DNA of 64,000 nt, taken from NCBI GenBank assembly GCA_030390025.1, contig CM059430.1, forward strand, positions 44,702,001 through 44,766,000. Reading direction: 5' to 3'. Below the pieces are notes generated by a model. The model was not told where the DNA came from. It saw only the letters and a program-made list of their open reading frames with translations, and ran no database searches. This document shows, piece after piece, positions 61,701 to 64,000 of this stretch. The stretch is from Squalus acanthias. Lineage: Eukaryota. Each line of letters opens with the position of its first letter. Positions within the stretch are counted from its first letter, which is position 1. The translations under genes were made by a program, and so were the position numbers.

Positions 61701-62540
61701 TGTTGTTGAAGTTCTATGATTGTTTCATCCAAAAGTCTTGTCACATAATGGACTGTGTAAGAATACATTCTAGAAATGGTATTTTAACCCCTTGTAGACT
61801 GATTCAATTATTATTATTTTTCTAAGTATTTGTACCATCTGAATTGTGCTGTGTCTTACCGCTTCTGTGTAGAATGCTACTTGTAAATAAATCTATTAGT
61901 TTTAGTTTGAATGTAACAGTCTGACAGTATGGTATATATCACCTTTCAGAATAGACAGGAGACTGTAGTGAGCGAGCATCCATATGATTTCCAGTGCAAA
62001 TTCCATCAGTAAGGAGTAGTTGTGAGTTCCATGGCATGCTATCCCACTCATGGCACACATAAGATGCAGATTTCAGTTCATAGGAAGTTTGGGCTGCTTA
62101 TGAAACTGCCTTTCTGCTGTGAGCATGAGTGAAAAAATATTGGGAGAAAGCCCAAAATGTAATTACAGGATTAGAACATTTCTGACCTTTGTATGTTTAC
62201 AGATTCAGGAGATATAATTATTCTCCGAGTTACAGCTTACATGTGTGTTAAATATTTTGCAATGTGCAGTAATCTGGGGTATTAGTATTAATAGAGTGCA
62301 TTTTCCCCCATACTCCCAAAATTCCTCCTGGAACAAAACTGGATTAACTCTCAGATTGCCGAGACCCTGTGATAAAATGTTTTTTTTGGTTTGTTAAGCA
62401 CCAACTAAAGGCAAATATCCAAATTTATTCATGCTTGCCTTCAAGCCCACAACACTGTAGTGACACTCACTATAAAGGTAGAGTTATGGTAACGGGGGAG
62501 AATTGGGCGAGGTCCAGTAAAGAGCGGAGCAGAAGGCATT

Positions 62541-63897
62541 GGCCCTGAATTTGCGGTCTGCGGCATAGCTAAGGAGTATGCTGCTGATATTGCAAGGAAA
62601 TCCAGACTTACCTCGTGCGAACACCCCTTTGAGAACTTGCTTTCAAACACTGCAGAGTTGTGTGCAGCGCTAGTGCCCCATGGAGCCCAGGATTGCACCG
62701 TTGTGCGTACGCAAACCTGGGATCACATGGGGCAGTGCTCCTTTCACTTCCTGACTCTTAGCCAATTGCCAATCCAATACTCCCAAAGTGAAATTCTGGG
62801 TAAACGGGTAATACGACCAGTGTGGTGTTCATTGAGCAAACTTTTTATGTTGGAAATATCACTATCATACAATATAAGATCTATTTGTTAGGTTGAAGTG
62901 GTAATTTAATTTTTTAATTGGTTAACATAGAAACTCTAGGTGACTGTAGCCAGTGTTTAAGGCACACTGAATAGATCTGAAAAGGGTTTCCTGCAATGCA
63001 AAATATAGTGGAGGTTTTTTGTAAAAGTGTATGTCACTAAAATCAACTTCTAAAAGTAACTGTTTTGGAATAATATATTTTTCCAGTAAATTAGAAGAAA
63101 ATGCCTGTTGTTTGATGTGGGATATGGAAGTGAAAGTTTACGTACGGCCACTTGTAAAGGGGTTTATATCAGGGGTGCTGTAAATATTCAGAGGCAACAA
63201 ACTGTATTTTCTACACAGAGATGTTGAGACATATTGGTGTAGAATAGGTAGGTCCATGGTTTAAAATGAAAAGCTACACCTATCCAATGGCAGCAAATAA
63301 TTGAACATACACATTTACCTATTGTACGGCACCAGTTAACAATTTGGATTTAATGGGATGTGAAATGGAGCTAGTTGTCTATTACTTATATCACCATATC
63401 CTCATTTCGTCCCCTTGTCCCAGTTCTCTTTTTCTTTCTTTTTATGAGGTTTGTTTTTTTAAAAGTCACTGCCTTGGTCATCCAATATGTGCATGAAAAC
63501 ACTGCAGTTTATTCACTTTAACGAAATCAACCATCGACATTAAACTGTTAGGGTTAACCAAATGGAAAATGATGGTAAAGATAATGGACAGCTAATGAAA
63601 CAAGAATACCGATCCCCTTACACTGTGCAACAGGCTTCCTGCGCCTGTTTGCACCAGACTTAAAAATTTTCAGTGTAATTACCTCAGAGTGGGTGGGCAA
63701 TAAGCCCAACTTTTCGCCTGAATGTTCATTTGTATGAGGAGGTGAAAGACGCAGTGAAGCCTATGTGCAGTCGGAACTTGACAGATCACAAGTTCGGGAT
63801 TTAGCGCATGGAAATTCCGAACTTGCGGTCAGTTTCAAAGGCGGTATGGCGACGTACTCTGAGAGTACGCCGTCATACTGACCGCAAATTCAGGGCC
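62541..63897. mobile_element. Non-autonomous Harbinger-type element, 1357 bp, TSD ATT
   Basis: Perfect 18-bp TIR ggccctgaatttgcggtc / gaccgcaaattcagggcc; ATT at 62538-62540 and 63898-63900. Confidence 0.9.
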
Positions 63898-64000
63898 ATT
63901 GTAAACAAGTCCACACAACAGCAATGGTGCATTAGCAAGTCTCACTTTGCTGGATGTTACAAGTTTTGGGTCTGCTTTATATATTCTCTTGTGTACAGCA

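Overview
Eukaryotic, repeat-rich, apparently gene-free window. The repeat repertoire (CR1 and L2 LINEs, Deu-domain tRNA SINEs, two-gene Harbinger transposons, a Neptune-type Penelope-like element) most resembles a cartilaginous fish; this is an inference, not a database result. I could not support any host protein-coding exon, and every recognisable ORF is transposon-derived. Five features stand out. (1) A 3.8-kb Penelope-like retroelement forms a ~1.57-kb-arm inverted repeat inside a Harbinger transposase, with a 14-bp TSD and a minimal type-I hammerhead ribozyme (HHR) in each arm. (2) Two 110-130-bp HHR-bearing retro-insertions have their own 14- and 16-bp TSDs. (3) Two Harbinger-type elements sit head-to-tail in a CR1, with the same ATA trinucleotide at all three junctions. 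(4) About 135 bp of local unique DNA was copied, inverted, into an L2 element about 1 kb away. (5) Harbinger elements and MITEs share subterminal motifs, splice signals and hairpins. Coordinates were counted by eye and may be off by a few bases, more for decayed repeats.
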